A stretch of 37,522 nucleotides of DNA, from the IMG/VR virus record IMGVR_UViG_3300022670_000561, positions 1 through 37,522 of that record. One strand, given 5' to 3'. Below are positions 17,534 through 25,170 of the stretch, in pieces. The notes under the pieces are model-generated. The model was not told where the DNA came from. It searched no databases and saw only the letters and a program-made list of their open reading frames with translations. The position numbers and the translations under genes are program-made. Positions within the stretch are counted from its first letter, which is position 1, and each line of letters begins with the position of its first letter. The stretch comes from a virus. Its lineage: Duplodnaviria; Caudoviricetes.

Positions 17534-17820
17534 TGGCTGTAATAACTGTGGAAGTAAGAGATAATCTTGGTGAGTCTGACGAGCAAAAGCTTCTTAATGC
17601 GATCGCTATGTTGAGAGGTGTGTCTTACGTTGGATGGCGCGCAAAAGAACGCTATAAAGAGAATAGAAAGCTTGTGGAAAAAGCTAAGGATGTTATTCTT
17701 GAGGAAGTTATCGCAACTATAGATAATATGCAGGATGTTATTCTTGAACAAGTTAAAGAGACTATAACTAATCTGGATTATTCATCGCTGACGAAAGAAA
17801 CTGATGGTATCGCAGAGTAA
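17533..17820 (+). CDS. Hypothetical phage protein
   Basis: GAGGAG RBS; TAATG coupling. Confidence 0.65.
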   Translation: MAVITVEVRDNLGESDEQKLLNAIAMLRGVSYVGWRAKERYKENRKLVEKAKDVILEEVIATIDNMQDVILEQVKETITNLDYSSLTKETDGIAE

Positions 17821-17872
17821 GCGGTCATATTCTTTAAGTTCTTTGATAACAGATGCTTTATGAAGCTGATAG

Positions 17873-18136
17873 TCAGTGTCCAATTTTAGCGTTTGACTTG
17901 TAGAGTTCTTTGATGAGATCATTGTTTTTCGAAATATTCGATTGAATAAATGACCACAGCTCTTTAGTCTCAGTCGTATGCTCAGCTCTGATCTTTCGAA
18001 GTTCATCAACGTGCTTTTCCCATAACTTGCTGTTTTGATTGAATAAATGTATAATGGCTTTCATAGAAAGACCGAGAACAGCGCATAGCACTATTAACGC
18101 GATGTTCTCATAATTGACAGTTGATAGCAAATCCAT
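17873..18136 (-). CDS. Holin-like single-TM protein
   Basis: AGGGAG RBS before MDLLST; N-terminal TM plus coiled coil; divergent from the lysin candidate. Confidence 0.45.
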   Translation of the reverse strand: MDLLSTVNYENIALIVLCAVLGLSMKAIIHLFNQNSKLWEKHVDELRKIRAEHTTETKELWSFIQSNISKNNDLIKELYKSNAKIGH

Positions 18137-18196
18137 TGTTATATCTCCCTGAGATTTACCACATAATAACACATTTAAGGCAACAAATTAACGCGC

Positions 18197-18634
18197 ATGA
18201 TGATAACACTTGAACGATTTGCTTATTTATATGAAGGTACATTTGGGCATTTTACGATAAATGATGAGGATTTTTATACTGTAGAGTGCCCGTGGGCAAA
18301 CAACGAAAAGTTTGTCAGCTGTTTGCCAGAATCTATTTATGATCTAGAGCCGCACGAATCAAAAAAATACGGCTCAGTCTATGCGCTTGTTAATAATGAA
18401 CTCGGCATAACGCATTACAAAGAAGCAAACAGTACACGCTATGCCTGCTTAATGCATGTTGCCAACTGGCCGAAAGACGTAAAAGGCTGCATTGGCATTG
18501 GAAAATCGATAGATATAATTGATAATAAGATGCAGATATTAGACAGCAGAGCGGCATTAAACATAGCCGCCCATTTGATAGAAGATTTGGTTATAACTCG
18601 CATAGAGATCACTCATGCTGAAGCTAAACTTTAG
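18197..18634 (+). CDS. DUF5675-family protein (candidate endolysin)
   Basis: L.R......T.G...YTVE.PW..N....SC.P...Y...H.AN...D..GCI..G...SR.A. Confidence 0.75.
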   Translation: MMITLERFAYLYEGTFGHFTINDEDFYTVECPWANNEKFVSCLPESIYDLEPHESKKYGSVYALVNNELGITHYKEANSTRYACLMHVANWPKDVKGCIGIGKSIDIIDNKMQILDSRAALNIAAHLIEDLVITRIEITHAEAKL

Positions 18635-18906
18635 CAGTTGCAGTTATAACCTGACACAATCTCTCTTAAATCGCGCTCTAATTCTATTTCACGTTCGTGA
18701 GCTTCTTGCATATCTTCTTTGTGTTGTGCTTTTAATTCTTTGATTTCGGCTTCAAGTGGATTTGGTATACAGTCTGCACTTTTATATAACCCGTAATTTT
18801 CACTACCGCCTTGGACAACCTCGGAGACGATTTTTATTTGATCTTTAGTAGCCGTTATTTTAGCGTCGTCAAACGCTTCTGATATGCATTCAAGCCAGTA
18901 ACCCAT
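18631..18906 (-). CDS. Hypothetical phage protein
   Basis: YW.ECISEAFDDA.I.AT..QI motif; AAAAGGAT RBS. Confidence 0.65.
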   Translation of the reverse strand: MGYWLECISEAFDDAKITATKDQIKIVSEVVQGGSENYGLYKSADCIPNPLEAEIKELKAQHKEDMQEAHEREIELERDLREIVSGYNCNC

Positions 18907-18936
18907 TTGATATCCTTTTATTAATTATGTTATAAT
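18907..18936 (+). promoter_or_regulatory. Antisense-oriented promoter
   Basis: TTGATA-18-TATAAT with TG extension. Confidence 0.55.
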
Positions 18937-18984
18937 CCTCATTCTATGAAGATACTGTATCATGTATTGATTGTTGTTCGAACT

Positions 18985-19016
18985 AGGGCTGGGTATGTAA
19001 GTGCCTTGCCCTTTTT
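18985..19016 (+). terminator. Intrinsic terminator (+ strand)
   Basis: AGGGC-T-GGGTAT-GTAA-GTGCCT-T-GCCCT followed by TTTT; G-U pairs favour the + strand. Confidence 0.65.
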
Positions 19017-19368
19017 AATCAATATATTCAAACTCTATTCTGTTTAGCGAGTCTCTCATTGAGCGTTTTTTCAGCATATTGTACTGTTTTCGCAGCAAAT
19101 TAATAAGCTCGTAGGAGTTTAAATCTGGAAAACCTTCTTTAACACATTCTTCGTGATTAATTTTAAACATTGGTGATTTCTCGGCTGATAAAATCCTGAT
19201 CTTATCAAGATGTACGATTTTTTCCCCTTTTTTGAGACCCGTCGTTTTTTCTACCGCGTTCACTTCAACACCGGGAATTAAAAATCCCCATCCCAATCTT
19301 CGAGTAACTGTTTTCGTTCTATTCTTAATTTGCGGGATTGTCAAATAAAAACTCATGTTGAGTGGCAT
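19015..19368 (-). CDS. ASCH domain protein
   Basis: NMSF.LT..QI..RTKTVTRRLGW..L.PG....AVEK..GLKKGEK...EGFP...NRIEFEY. Confidence 0.85.
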   Translation of the reverse strand: MPLNMSFYLTIPQIKNRTKTVTRRLGWGFLIPGVEVNAVEKTTGLKKGEKIVHLDKIRILSAEKSPMFKINHEECVKEGFPDLNSYELINLLRKQYNMLKKRSMRDSLNRIEFEYID

Positions 19369-19390
19369 AATTTGCCCTTTTTGTTTTGGT

Positions 19391-19651
19391 TTAATCTTTG
19401 TCTATTATGTTAATTCTAACATTGACGTCAAGATCAAGCTTTAATTTTACAAGCTCTTTACTTACATCGTTAACCGCATCGTCAAGCATGTAGTTGTAGA
19501 TTTGTGCGGCAATGTCGGGGATTGTTTTATACTTAAGGTTTCCAGACGTGTTTGAGTATATGTATTTAATGCGCTCAACCGTGCGAGTTGGTAATTTTTG
19601 AAGCGCTGATTTAATATAACCTCTATACAATTCTTCTAGATACTTATTCAT
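19391..19651 (-). CDS. Hypothetical protein
   Basis: Preceded by leader repeat copy C. Confidence 0.6.
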   Translation of the reverse strand: MNKYLEELYRGYIKSALQKLPTRTVERIKYIYSNTSGNLKYKTIPDIAAQIYNYMLDDAVNDVSKELVKLKLDLDVNVRINIIDKD

Positions 19652-19658
19652 CTGTCGT

Positions 19659-19691
19659 CATCCTTATCGTTGTTGCTAGCTGCGATTGATT
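19659..19691 (-). repeat. Leader/RBS repeat, copy C
   Basis: 21-mer identical to 6578-6598, followed by the AAGGATGA RBS. Confidence 0.9.
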
Positions 19692-19696
19692 ATTTA

Positions 19697-19918
19697 TTAA
19701 GAAATAGTAACGACTCCGTCACCCGTGACTGACCTAAAATGACTCTCCAAACAATCAGGACATTGTGTCATAGTGTCCCAGACCTCATTGACTGCATCAT
19801 CAAATGGTTTGAGAGCTCGAATATTTGTTTTGCAGTCAGGACATTTATATTCTGTTATCCTTTCACCGCTAAATTGATCCATATATAAATCGTGTTTCTT
19901 CCTTAGCTCAGTTGTCAT
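19697..19918 (-). CDS. Small zinc-ribbon protein
   Basis: Two CPDC motifs; CAGGGATGATAC RBS. Confidence 0.7.
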   Translation of the reverse strand: MTTELRKKHDLYMDQFSGERITEYKCPDCKTNIRALKPFDDAVNEVWDTMTQCPDCLESHFRSVTGDGVVTIS

Positions 19919-19950
19919 TGTGTATCATCCCTGTTGTTTACATGTATTCT

Positions 19951-20337
19951 TTAATTTAATTGATAAATGTTTTTACGAAAATCTGTAAGCTTCATATCAT
20001 CTTTTATGAATCGATCCGCGTCAAGAGATTGGTGCAGTCTAAATGATCCTTCTTTGTTCATTTTTATATGCTCAATTGCATCGTGAAGATTAAAGATTAA
20101 AAGGTCTTTTAACTTTGATTTTTTATAATCGACCCATATTTTATAATCATCTGAAGAAATCGGAGCTTTGTCATCATCGTCTAAATCAGCCTCAATTTGA
20201 CACGTGGTAACAAAATCCGCTTTATCTTCATAAGTTTCAACGTAGCCAACCCTTTGTTGTTCGATCGGTAGAAAAAATAAAACATCAGGGTAAGCAAGTT
20301 CCTCTTCTTTATTGATAGTGATTTTCATTATCATCAT
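19951..20337 (-). CDS. Hypothetical acidic protein, paralog of 20402-20803
   Basis: Shared AD.D..D....SDD...W.D.......I.N....IEHI motif. Confidence 0.7.
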   Translation of the reverse strand: MMIMKITINKEEELAYPDVLFFLPIEQQRVGYVETYEDKADFVTTCQIEADLDDDDKAPISSDDYKIWVDYKKSKLKDLLIFNLHDAIEHIKMNKEGSFRLHQSLDADRFIKDDMKLTDFRKNIYQLN

Positions 20338-20371
20338 CCTTGTTTGTTTAATTTCTTAAGTTGTTAAACAT

Positions 20372-20400
20372 ATTATAACGAAACTATTGCGTTATGTCAA
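20372..20400 (-). promoter_or_regulatory. Consensus sigma70 promoter
   Basis: TTGACA-17-TATAAT, a perfect consensus. Confidence 0.9.
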
Positions 20401-20401
20401 G

Positions 20402-20803
20402 CTATTCGTCTTCCATTTCGATGAAACCGCGACTAAGAAGCGCTCTGCACAAAGGAAAGACAGCGGGCTTTGAATCATTGATATGCTCAATCACTTCGTC
20501 AATATTCATTATCTTGCAAGATTCAAAATCTTTTGCATAAAAATCTAACCAGACTTGAAGATCATCGGAATCAGGGATATTGTCGTTGTCTGTATTATCG
20601 CAATCTGCTAATAAAAGAGTCCATTTTCTTTTCGTTATTTCTTCAAAAAGCTCATTTTTATCTTTAACTGCCCAGCCGCATGCGGCACGTGGATCATCAT
20701 CGCCAATTGGTGTGGTTACAACAAACGTCATGTTTGGATAGAAATCTACTGCTTTTTGATTGATCGCGTATGTTGTATTTTCAACTGTAATTTGTCGGTC
20801 CAT
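20402..20803 (-). CDS. Hypothetical acidic protein, paralog of 19951-20337
   Basis: Same motif; AAAGGATGATGAC RBS. Confidence 0.7.
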   Translation of the reverse strand: MDRQITVENTTYAINQKAVDFYPNMTFVVTTPIGDDDPRAACGWAVKDKNELFEEITKRKWTLLLADCDNTDNDNIPDSDDLQVWLDFYAKDFESCKIMNIDEVIEHINDSKPAVFPLCRALLSRGFIEMEDE

Positions 20804-20844
20804 GTCATCATCCTTTGTTTATGTTTTGCTGATTCGTTAAAGAG

Positions 20845-20873
20845 AGTATAGCGAAATAGTTGCGGCATGTCAA
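20845..20873 (-). promoter_or_regulatory. Near-consensus sigma70 promoter
   Basis: TTGACA-17-TATACT. Confidence 0.85.
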
Positions 20874-20886
20874 GCGTATTTACCTG

Positions 20887-20914
20887 TTGATATAAACTAA
20901 TTTCAGAGTATAAT
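20887..20914 (+). promoter_or_regulatory. Divergent rightward promoter
   Basis: TTGATA-16-TATAAT. Confidence 0.7.
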
Positions 20915-20947
20915 GACGGTATTGTTTCGTTTAAAGGATTGCGCTTT

Positions 20948-21376
20948 ATGATTATTACTTTATCTAAATTAGAACGTGAGCTTGAATTATTTGGGCTTAA
21001 TATACATGCGGAAAAAGGACTTGGAGTTATAATAACTGAGCTTGTTAAAACTTATATGCTCAATAGCGACGGCTATGGTCAGGGGCAGGCTGATAATGAA
21101 GCCTTAGGGTTATTTGTTAGATTTGTGCAAACTGGCTTGCTGTCGCCGTTAACCGGCGAGAATGACGAATGGGATGAGGTTGGACATCAGAATAAACGTG
21201 ACAGCGATGTGTTTAAAGACGTTCACGGCGAAGCGTACTGGACAAAAGGTAAAATATTTAGAAAATATGGCGGCTCAAAATTTTTAAATAGAGATAGTTG
21301 GGTTTATATAGATTTTCCTTGGAGCAAACCAGGGTCTACAATTGTTGATGTTGATGACGATGAAAACGTTTTATAG
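20948..21376 (+). CDS. Conserved phage protein (SPLTGE.DEW family), copy 1
   Basis: LSPLTGENDEW...QNKR...FK...AYW..G.IFR...I.FPW; AAAGGA RBS before the ATG at 20948. Confidence 0.7.
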   Translation: MIITLSKLERELELFGLNIHAEKGLGVIITELVKTYMLNSDGYGQGQADNEALGLFVRFVQTGLLSPLTGENDEWDEVGHQNKRDSDVFKDVHGEAYWTKGKIFRKYGGSKFLNRDSWVYIDFPWSKPGSTIVDVDDDENVL

Positions 21377-21389
21377 ATAAGGAAAAATA

Positions 21390-21665
21390 ATGGTGACTTT
21401 GACTGGAAAACGAGAAGAATGGGATGAAAATTTGCATCAAAATGCACGACATAGTGATAAATTCTTTCATCAAAACAAACTCGACCCTGAGGTTTTCCTT
21501 GAGCCAGGAAAATCTCAGGCTTGGTGGATTGCAGGCAGGATATTCAGGGCGAAAAATGGCTTAACTTTCACAGCCAGGGAAAGCTGGGTAAAAATATCGT
21601 TTCCGTGGGATAAACCGGAGCCTGAAATTATTGTTGAGCAGCCAGACTATGAAAACATTTTATAG
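21390..21665 (+). CDS. SPLTGE.DEW family, N-terminally truncated copy 2
   Basis: LTGKREEW...QNKL...AWW..G.IFR...ISFPW. Confidence 0.65.
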   Translation: MVTLTGKREEWDENLHQNARHSDKFFHQNKLDPEVFLEPGKSQAWWIAGRIFRAKNGLTFTARESWVKISFPWDKPEPEIIVEQPDYENIL

Positions 21666-21882
21666 TTTATGTGTAGGAATAATTCTGGGACTGGCCGGTT
21701 TATTGTTTGGATACAGGCAAAAGTCAAAATATTTAGCACAAGAAAATAGAAATATTAAGAAAGCCAGCGACGTCCAATCTAATATTAACGAGGCTTATGT
21801 AGATGGTGAAATTAGAGCAGAGAAAGAAAGAGCTGAAGCACTGGAGAATGCTCATAGCGGTCGCCGCGATCATTTTGAGTAG
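21649..21882 (+). CDS. Putative i-spanin (Rz-like)
   Basis: N-terminal TM plus helical domain; overlaps a lipoprotein gene. Confidence 0.65.
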   Translation: MKTFYSLCVGIILGLAGLLFGYRQKSKYLAQENRNIKKASDVQSNINEAYVDGEIRAEKERAEALENAHSGRRDHFE

Positions 21883-22066
21883 CTGCACTAGCACACCCAT
21901 AGTTATATCAATCAGCGTACCCCCGAGGCCGTCACTGCCTAGTATTCATGTTGATGAACTCGAATGCTTAAGCGATGCTACATATATACGTTTAGTTGAT
22001 CGGGACATCACACAGAAAACATATATTGACCGGGTTTTGAAGATAATAAAAGCACACAATCAGTAG
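21848..22066 (+). CDS. Putative o-spanin lipoprotein (Rz1-like)
   Basis: Signal peptide with lipobox LSSC followed by a Pro-rich segment. Confidence 0.7.
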   Translation: MLIAVAAIILSSCTSTPIVISISVPPRPSLPSIHVDELECLSDATYIRLVDRDITQKTYIDRVLKIIKAHNQ

Positions 22067-22124
22067 ATTAGAGTTTCATTATACGATACAATGACGCATT
22101 CATTTCATAAAAAGGATTTCAATT

Positions 22125-22580
22125 ATGGGTTTAATTGAGCACGCTAAAAGAGAATTTGAAGTTCAAGGCTGGCCTGGCGATGACGTTGATAGTATGCAAA
22201 AAATCGTCTGTGATAACATCATGGAATTGATAGAGGTCTTTTCAAAGCAAGGACATTCAGGTACTACAGCGCCTTACGTTATAAATCTTTTCAAAAGATT
22301 GGCTGGGTATGAGCCAATATCACCGCTCACCGGTGAAGATAATGAATGGCGGGATGTTGGTCATGACCGTGATAGCGGTGACAGCCTTTTCCAAAATAAA
22401 CGCGCCACTGGGATTTTTAAAGATAAATCAGGAGCCTATTGGTCAGATGCTGTCATATTTAGAGACCCGGACGGTGGCACTTATGTGAACGTAAATAGCC
22501 GTGGGCCGATAGAGTTCCCCTGGACTTGGCCTGAAAAACGGGAAATTATTGACGTGGATAAGGACGGCAATCCTTTTTAA
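22125..22580 (+). CDS. SPLTGE.DEW family, full-length copy 3
   Basis: LIEHAKRE...ELIEVFSKQGHSG...PISPLTGEDNEW...FQNKR...IEFPW. Confidence 0.75.
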   Translation: MGLIEHAKREFEVQGWPGDDVDSMQKIVCDNIMELIEVFSKQGHSGTTAPYVINLFKRLAGYEPISPLTGEDNEWRDVGHDRDSGDSLFQNKRATGIFKDKSGAYWSDAVIFRDPDGGTYVNVNSRGPIEFPWTWPEKREIIDVDKDGNPF

Positions 22581-22740
22581 CGGAAAGATCACAGGTTAAT
22601 ATTTCATTGTAAATTCGTGACGCTGGTAAGCGGCGGCTTGTGATCGGAAAGGCAGGCTGCCGGCTTAACTCTCTATTCGTCATGATTTCGTGCAAACAAT
22701 CACGTTTTACGTCCATAAAACGTGAAAAAGGAGAAAATAA

Positions 22741-23406
22741 TTGACTACTATAGTAGCGGTACGCAAAGACAATAAAGTATGCATCGGAGCTGATTCGTTG
22801 GTGACGGTCGGTGATAATACGGCTATGAGATCTTCTTACTCGAATGATTTTAGTAAAATCATAAATATTCATGAAAATTATATTGGAATGTCGGGCAGTT
22901 GTGCACATGCTGAAGCAATAAAAGATATTGCAAGGCGCAATCTTTTTGGAGAAAATTTAGTATTAAATGGCGTTGATACAGACAAAAGAGTTTTGACGCT
23001 AAAGACAAGAAGTGATGTTTTTAAGTTTTCGCTTTATTTGCATTATATTTTGAACGATGAGTATTGTTTAAACACAAAGCCAGTCGATGACGATGTATAT
23101 AATCCAAGCCATTTCAGTTTTTTGATTGCCAACAAATACGGGATATTTGGCGTCTATCACTATAGAGAAGTTGACGAGTTGACCAATTTTTGGGCAATAG
23201 GTAGCGGTGCTAAATTTGCGCTTGGTGCAATGTATTCAGAAGATGACTCGATTGCAGGAATGAGCGAAGACAGTGTGGTGACAGCAGGCAGAGTAGCACG
23301 GGCAGGTTTACTTTCTGCAATTGAGTTTGATTCTTCTACAGCCGGGCCGATTGAATTAATATCACTTGATCTAGTAAGCGATAGCAGTGATAGCGATGAC
23401 GATTGA
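22741..23406 (+). CDS. Proteasome beta-subunit/HslV-family Ntn protease, most like BPH (betaproteobacterial proteasome homolog)
   Basis: N-terminal (M)TTIVAV...IGADS, KI, IGMSGS.AH, LIAN.YGIFGVY..REV, FWAIGSG..FALGAM, EFD; TTG start with AGGAG RBS. Confidence 0.85.
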   Translation: MTTIVAVRKDNKVCIGADSLVTVGDNTAMRSSYSNDFSKIINIHENYIGMSGSCAHAEAIKDIARRNLFGENLVLNGVDTDKRVLTLKTRSDVFKFSLYLHYILNDEYCLNTKPVDDDVYNPSHFSFLIANKYGIFGVYHYREVDELTNFWAIGSGAKFALGAMYSEDDSIAGMSEDSVVTAGRVARAGLLSAIEFDSSTAGPIELISLDLVSDSSDSDDD

Positions 23407-23824
23407 ACGTATTGAGAGCATTTTAAAAGACATAGGCTTGAGTGATGCTGACTATGAAATAATCAAATGCTCAGAAGAAAGGGCCAAATATTGGCCGTTT
23501 GGTGTTTTTCCTGAGTACCCTGATAATTTCGAATTTTTTGAGTTTGTACGATTAGAAAAAGGCTATTTTAAATATATTGCGCCACTTCAATTCATACACT
23601 TAGAAGCAGATTCAGAATGTGACATTATGGTTCATGATTACATGAATAGATTCTATTATCTTGAATTAGACTCGGATAGTATTGAGCAAGCTGACGCGGA
23701 GAGCTCGCTAGTATCAGGAAGAGCGTTGCATCAATACACTGCAAATCTTACCAGGGACCAATATCCTGATGCTATAAAAGACATTTTAAGGCTCAAGATG
23801 AACGAAATTCCAGGCGATTTTTGA
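23387..23824 (+). CDS. Hypothetical acidic protein
   Basis: Overlaps the end of the protease gene. Confidence 0.55.
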   Translation: MIAMTIERIESILKDIGLSDADYEIIKCSEERAKYWPFGVFPEYPDNFEFFEFVRLEKGYFKYIAPLQFIHLEADSECDIMVHDYMNRFYYLELDSDSIEQADAESSLVSGRALHQYTANLTRDQYPDAIKDILRLKMNEIPGDF

Positions 23825-23896
23825 ATAATTCAATAACTTATGTCATAATACGTCAATTATTAAACTTGCTAAAATAGGAATGGTGGAGGAATTGAC

Positions 23897-24349
23897 ATGG
23901 CTGATTTAATCGTTAGGAATTTAAAAGGGCAATTCGAAAAAGGGTATAGTGGCAACAGCACAGGCAGGACCCAAGGATCTAGAAACAAAGCAACTCTCGC
24001 GATATTAGAGCTATTCAATGAAGAATCAGAAGCGTTAAGCAGACAAGCTATTGAGTCAGCTAAGAAAGGGGATAGCGTAGCACTGAAGCTATGCATCGAT
24101 AAGATAGTACCGCAAGCCAAAGAAAGTCCGATCCGTGGCTTGACACTGCCCGCAATTAACGATGCAAAAGACGTGCTTGAAGCATTGAATTTAGTTACTC
24201 AGCTGTTGGCAGACGGTGAGTTATTGCCGACCGAGGCTGACAAAGTATGCTCAATATTGGAACAATTCAGGAAGCACTTTGATACAACAGAGTTTCAGGA
24301 TCGGCTTGAAGCGCTTGAGCTGATAAATGAGGTTAGTAAAGCGGGGTAA
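23897..24349 (+). CDS. terS: Terminase small subunit-like (DUF5681-type N-terminus)
   Basis: GQFEKGYSGNSTGRTQGSRNK motif, A..GD..ALKLC.DK..P; GGAGG RBS; heads the operon leading to TerL. Confidence 0.7.
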   Translation: MADLIVRNLKGQFEKGYSGNSTGRTQGSRNKATLAILELFNEESEALSRQAIESAKKGDSVALKLCIDKIVPQAKESPIRGLTLPAINDAKDVLEALNLVTQLLADGELLPTEADKVCSILEQFRKHFDTTEFQDRLEALELINEVSKAG

Positions 24350-24354
24350 TTCTA

Positions 24355-24564
24355 ATGAATATAAGCGCAGGCTGGTCAGGCTGGAAGCCTTGTTACAAAA
24401 GAGAGCATTTAATAGAAGCTGCTGCAGAAATGGGAAAGAGTCTTGAAAGAGAGCAGGACTTTTATGAGTTATTGTCTGACATGAATGAGGCTTTTATAGT
24501 GTCAAGAGATGCCAGGGCAGCTAGGGCATCGCTGATACCGCTCCCTTATATTGAGAGAAGGTAA
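24355..24564 (+). CDS. Small helical protein
   Basis: KREHLIEAA..., a possible diverged member of the array. Confidence 0.5.
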   Translation: MNISAGWSGWKPCYKREHLIEAAAEMGKSLEREQDFYELLSDMNEAFIVSRDARAARASLIPLPYIERR

Positions 24565-24570
24565 GGGTAA

Positions 24571-24798
24571 GTGAATAAAAAAGACACACTTGAGGCTGTT
24601 AATAACGTGCTAAAAAAAGCGCTTGCGGGAGAATATGACGTTCATGAGTTTCTTGCTGAGACGCTTCAAGCGCTTCAAATGTCAGTTGATTATATGATCG
24701 AGGATCGAGAGCCTGCCAATAATCTTACGGATGAGTATATAGAAAGCCTCGAGGCTGATTATCTTAGAGCAAAGAAAGAAGAGCATGAGCGTTGGTGA
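24571..24798 (+). CDS. Helical-hairpin array protein
   Basis: MNKKDTLEAVNNVL...QALQMSVDYM. Confidence 0.6.
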   Translation: MNKKDTLEAVNNVLKKALAGEYDVHEFLAETLQALQMSVDYMIEDREPANNLTDEYIESLEADYLRAKKEEHERW

Positions 24799-24803
24799 CG
24801 CAG

Positions 24804-24950
24804 ATGACTAAAGAAGAGGTTATAAAGAAGATTGACGACGCATTTGTACATATCAAAGAGCGTACATTGCTTACGCAAGAACGCATCCAAAAGTTTAATT
24901 TTGCGCTGTATCATGCAAAGAAATTCATCGAGGGAGATTATGAAGAATGA
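24804..24950 (+). CDS. 48-aa helical-hairpin array protein (not in ORF track)
   Basis: MTKEEVIKKIDDAF...FALYHAKKFIEG; ATGA overlap with the next gene. Confidence 0.6.
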   Translation: MTKEEVIKKIDDAFVHIKERTLLTQERIQKFNFALYHAKKFIEGDYEE

Positions 24951-25168
24951 CAGAACCGACTGACCTTATCAACGGGGTTTTAGACTCTCTTATTGAGAGG
25001 ATTGAAAGGAACGAAGAAGCTAAACAAGACGTACTTAAAACTATCGACGAAGCGCTCAATAGTCGGACAGATGGTAGCAGGACATATGATATCATGAATA
25101 TTATGGAGGGTGCACTGGCAATGGCTAAACACTACATTGAAAATGATGATCCGAGGACAAAGGACTAG
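24947..25168 (+). CDS. Helical-hairpin array protein
   Basis: KQDVLKTIDEAL...GALAMAKHYIEN. Confidence 0.6.
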   Translation: MTEPTDLINGVLDSLIERIERNEEAKQDVLKTIDEALNSRTDGSRTYDIMNIMEGALAMAKHYIENDDPRTKD

Positions 25169-25170
25169 AC

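Noticed and set aside
17782-18009. 75-aa minus-strand ORF overlapping the holin-like gene
   Set aside because: No RBS and it overlaps two better-supported genes; no evidence for a frameshift product.
18946-19047. 33-aa + strand ORF MKILYHVLIVV...
   Set aside because: No SD, and the terminator lies inside it; treated as a non-coding RNA candidate instead.
5311-19691. CRISPR array from the 21-29 nt repeats
   Set aside because: Only three dispersed copies, separated by whole genes and each ending in an RBS; no regular spacers or cas genes.
22581-22730. Known riboswitch or self-cleaving ribozyme
   Set aside because: I could not find the conserved cores of c-di-GMP, SAM, TPP or hammerhead motifs; kept only as an unassigned structure.
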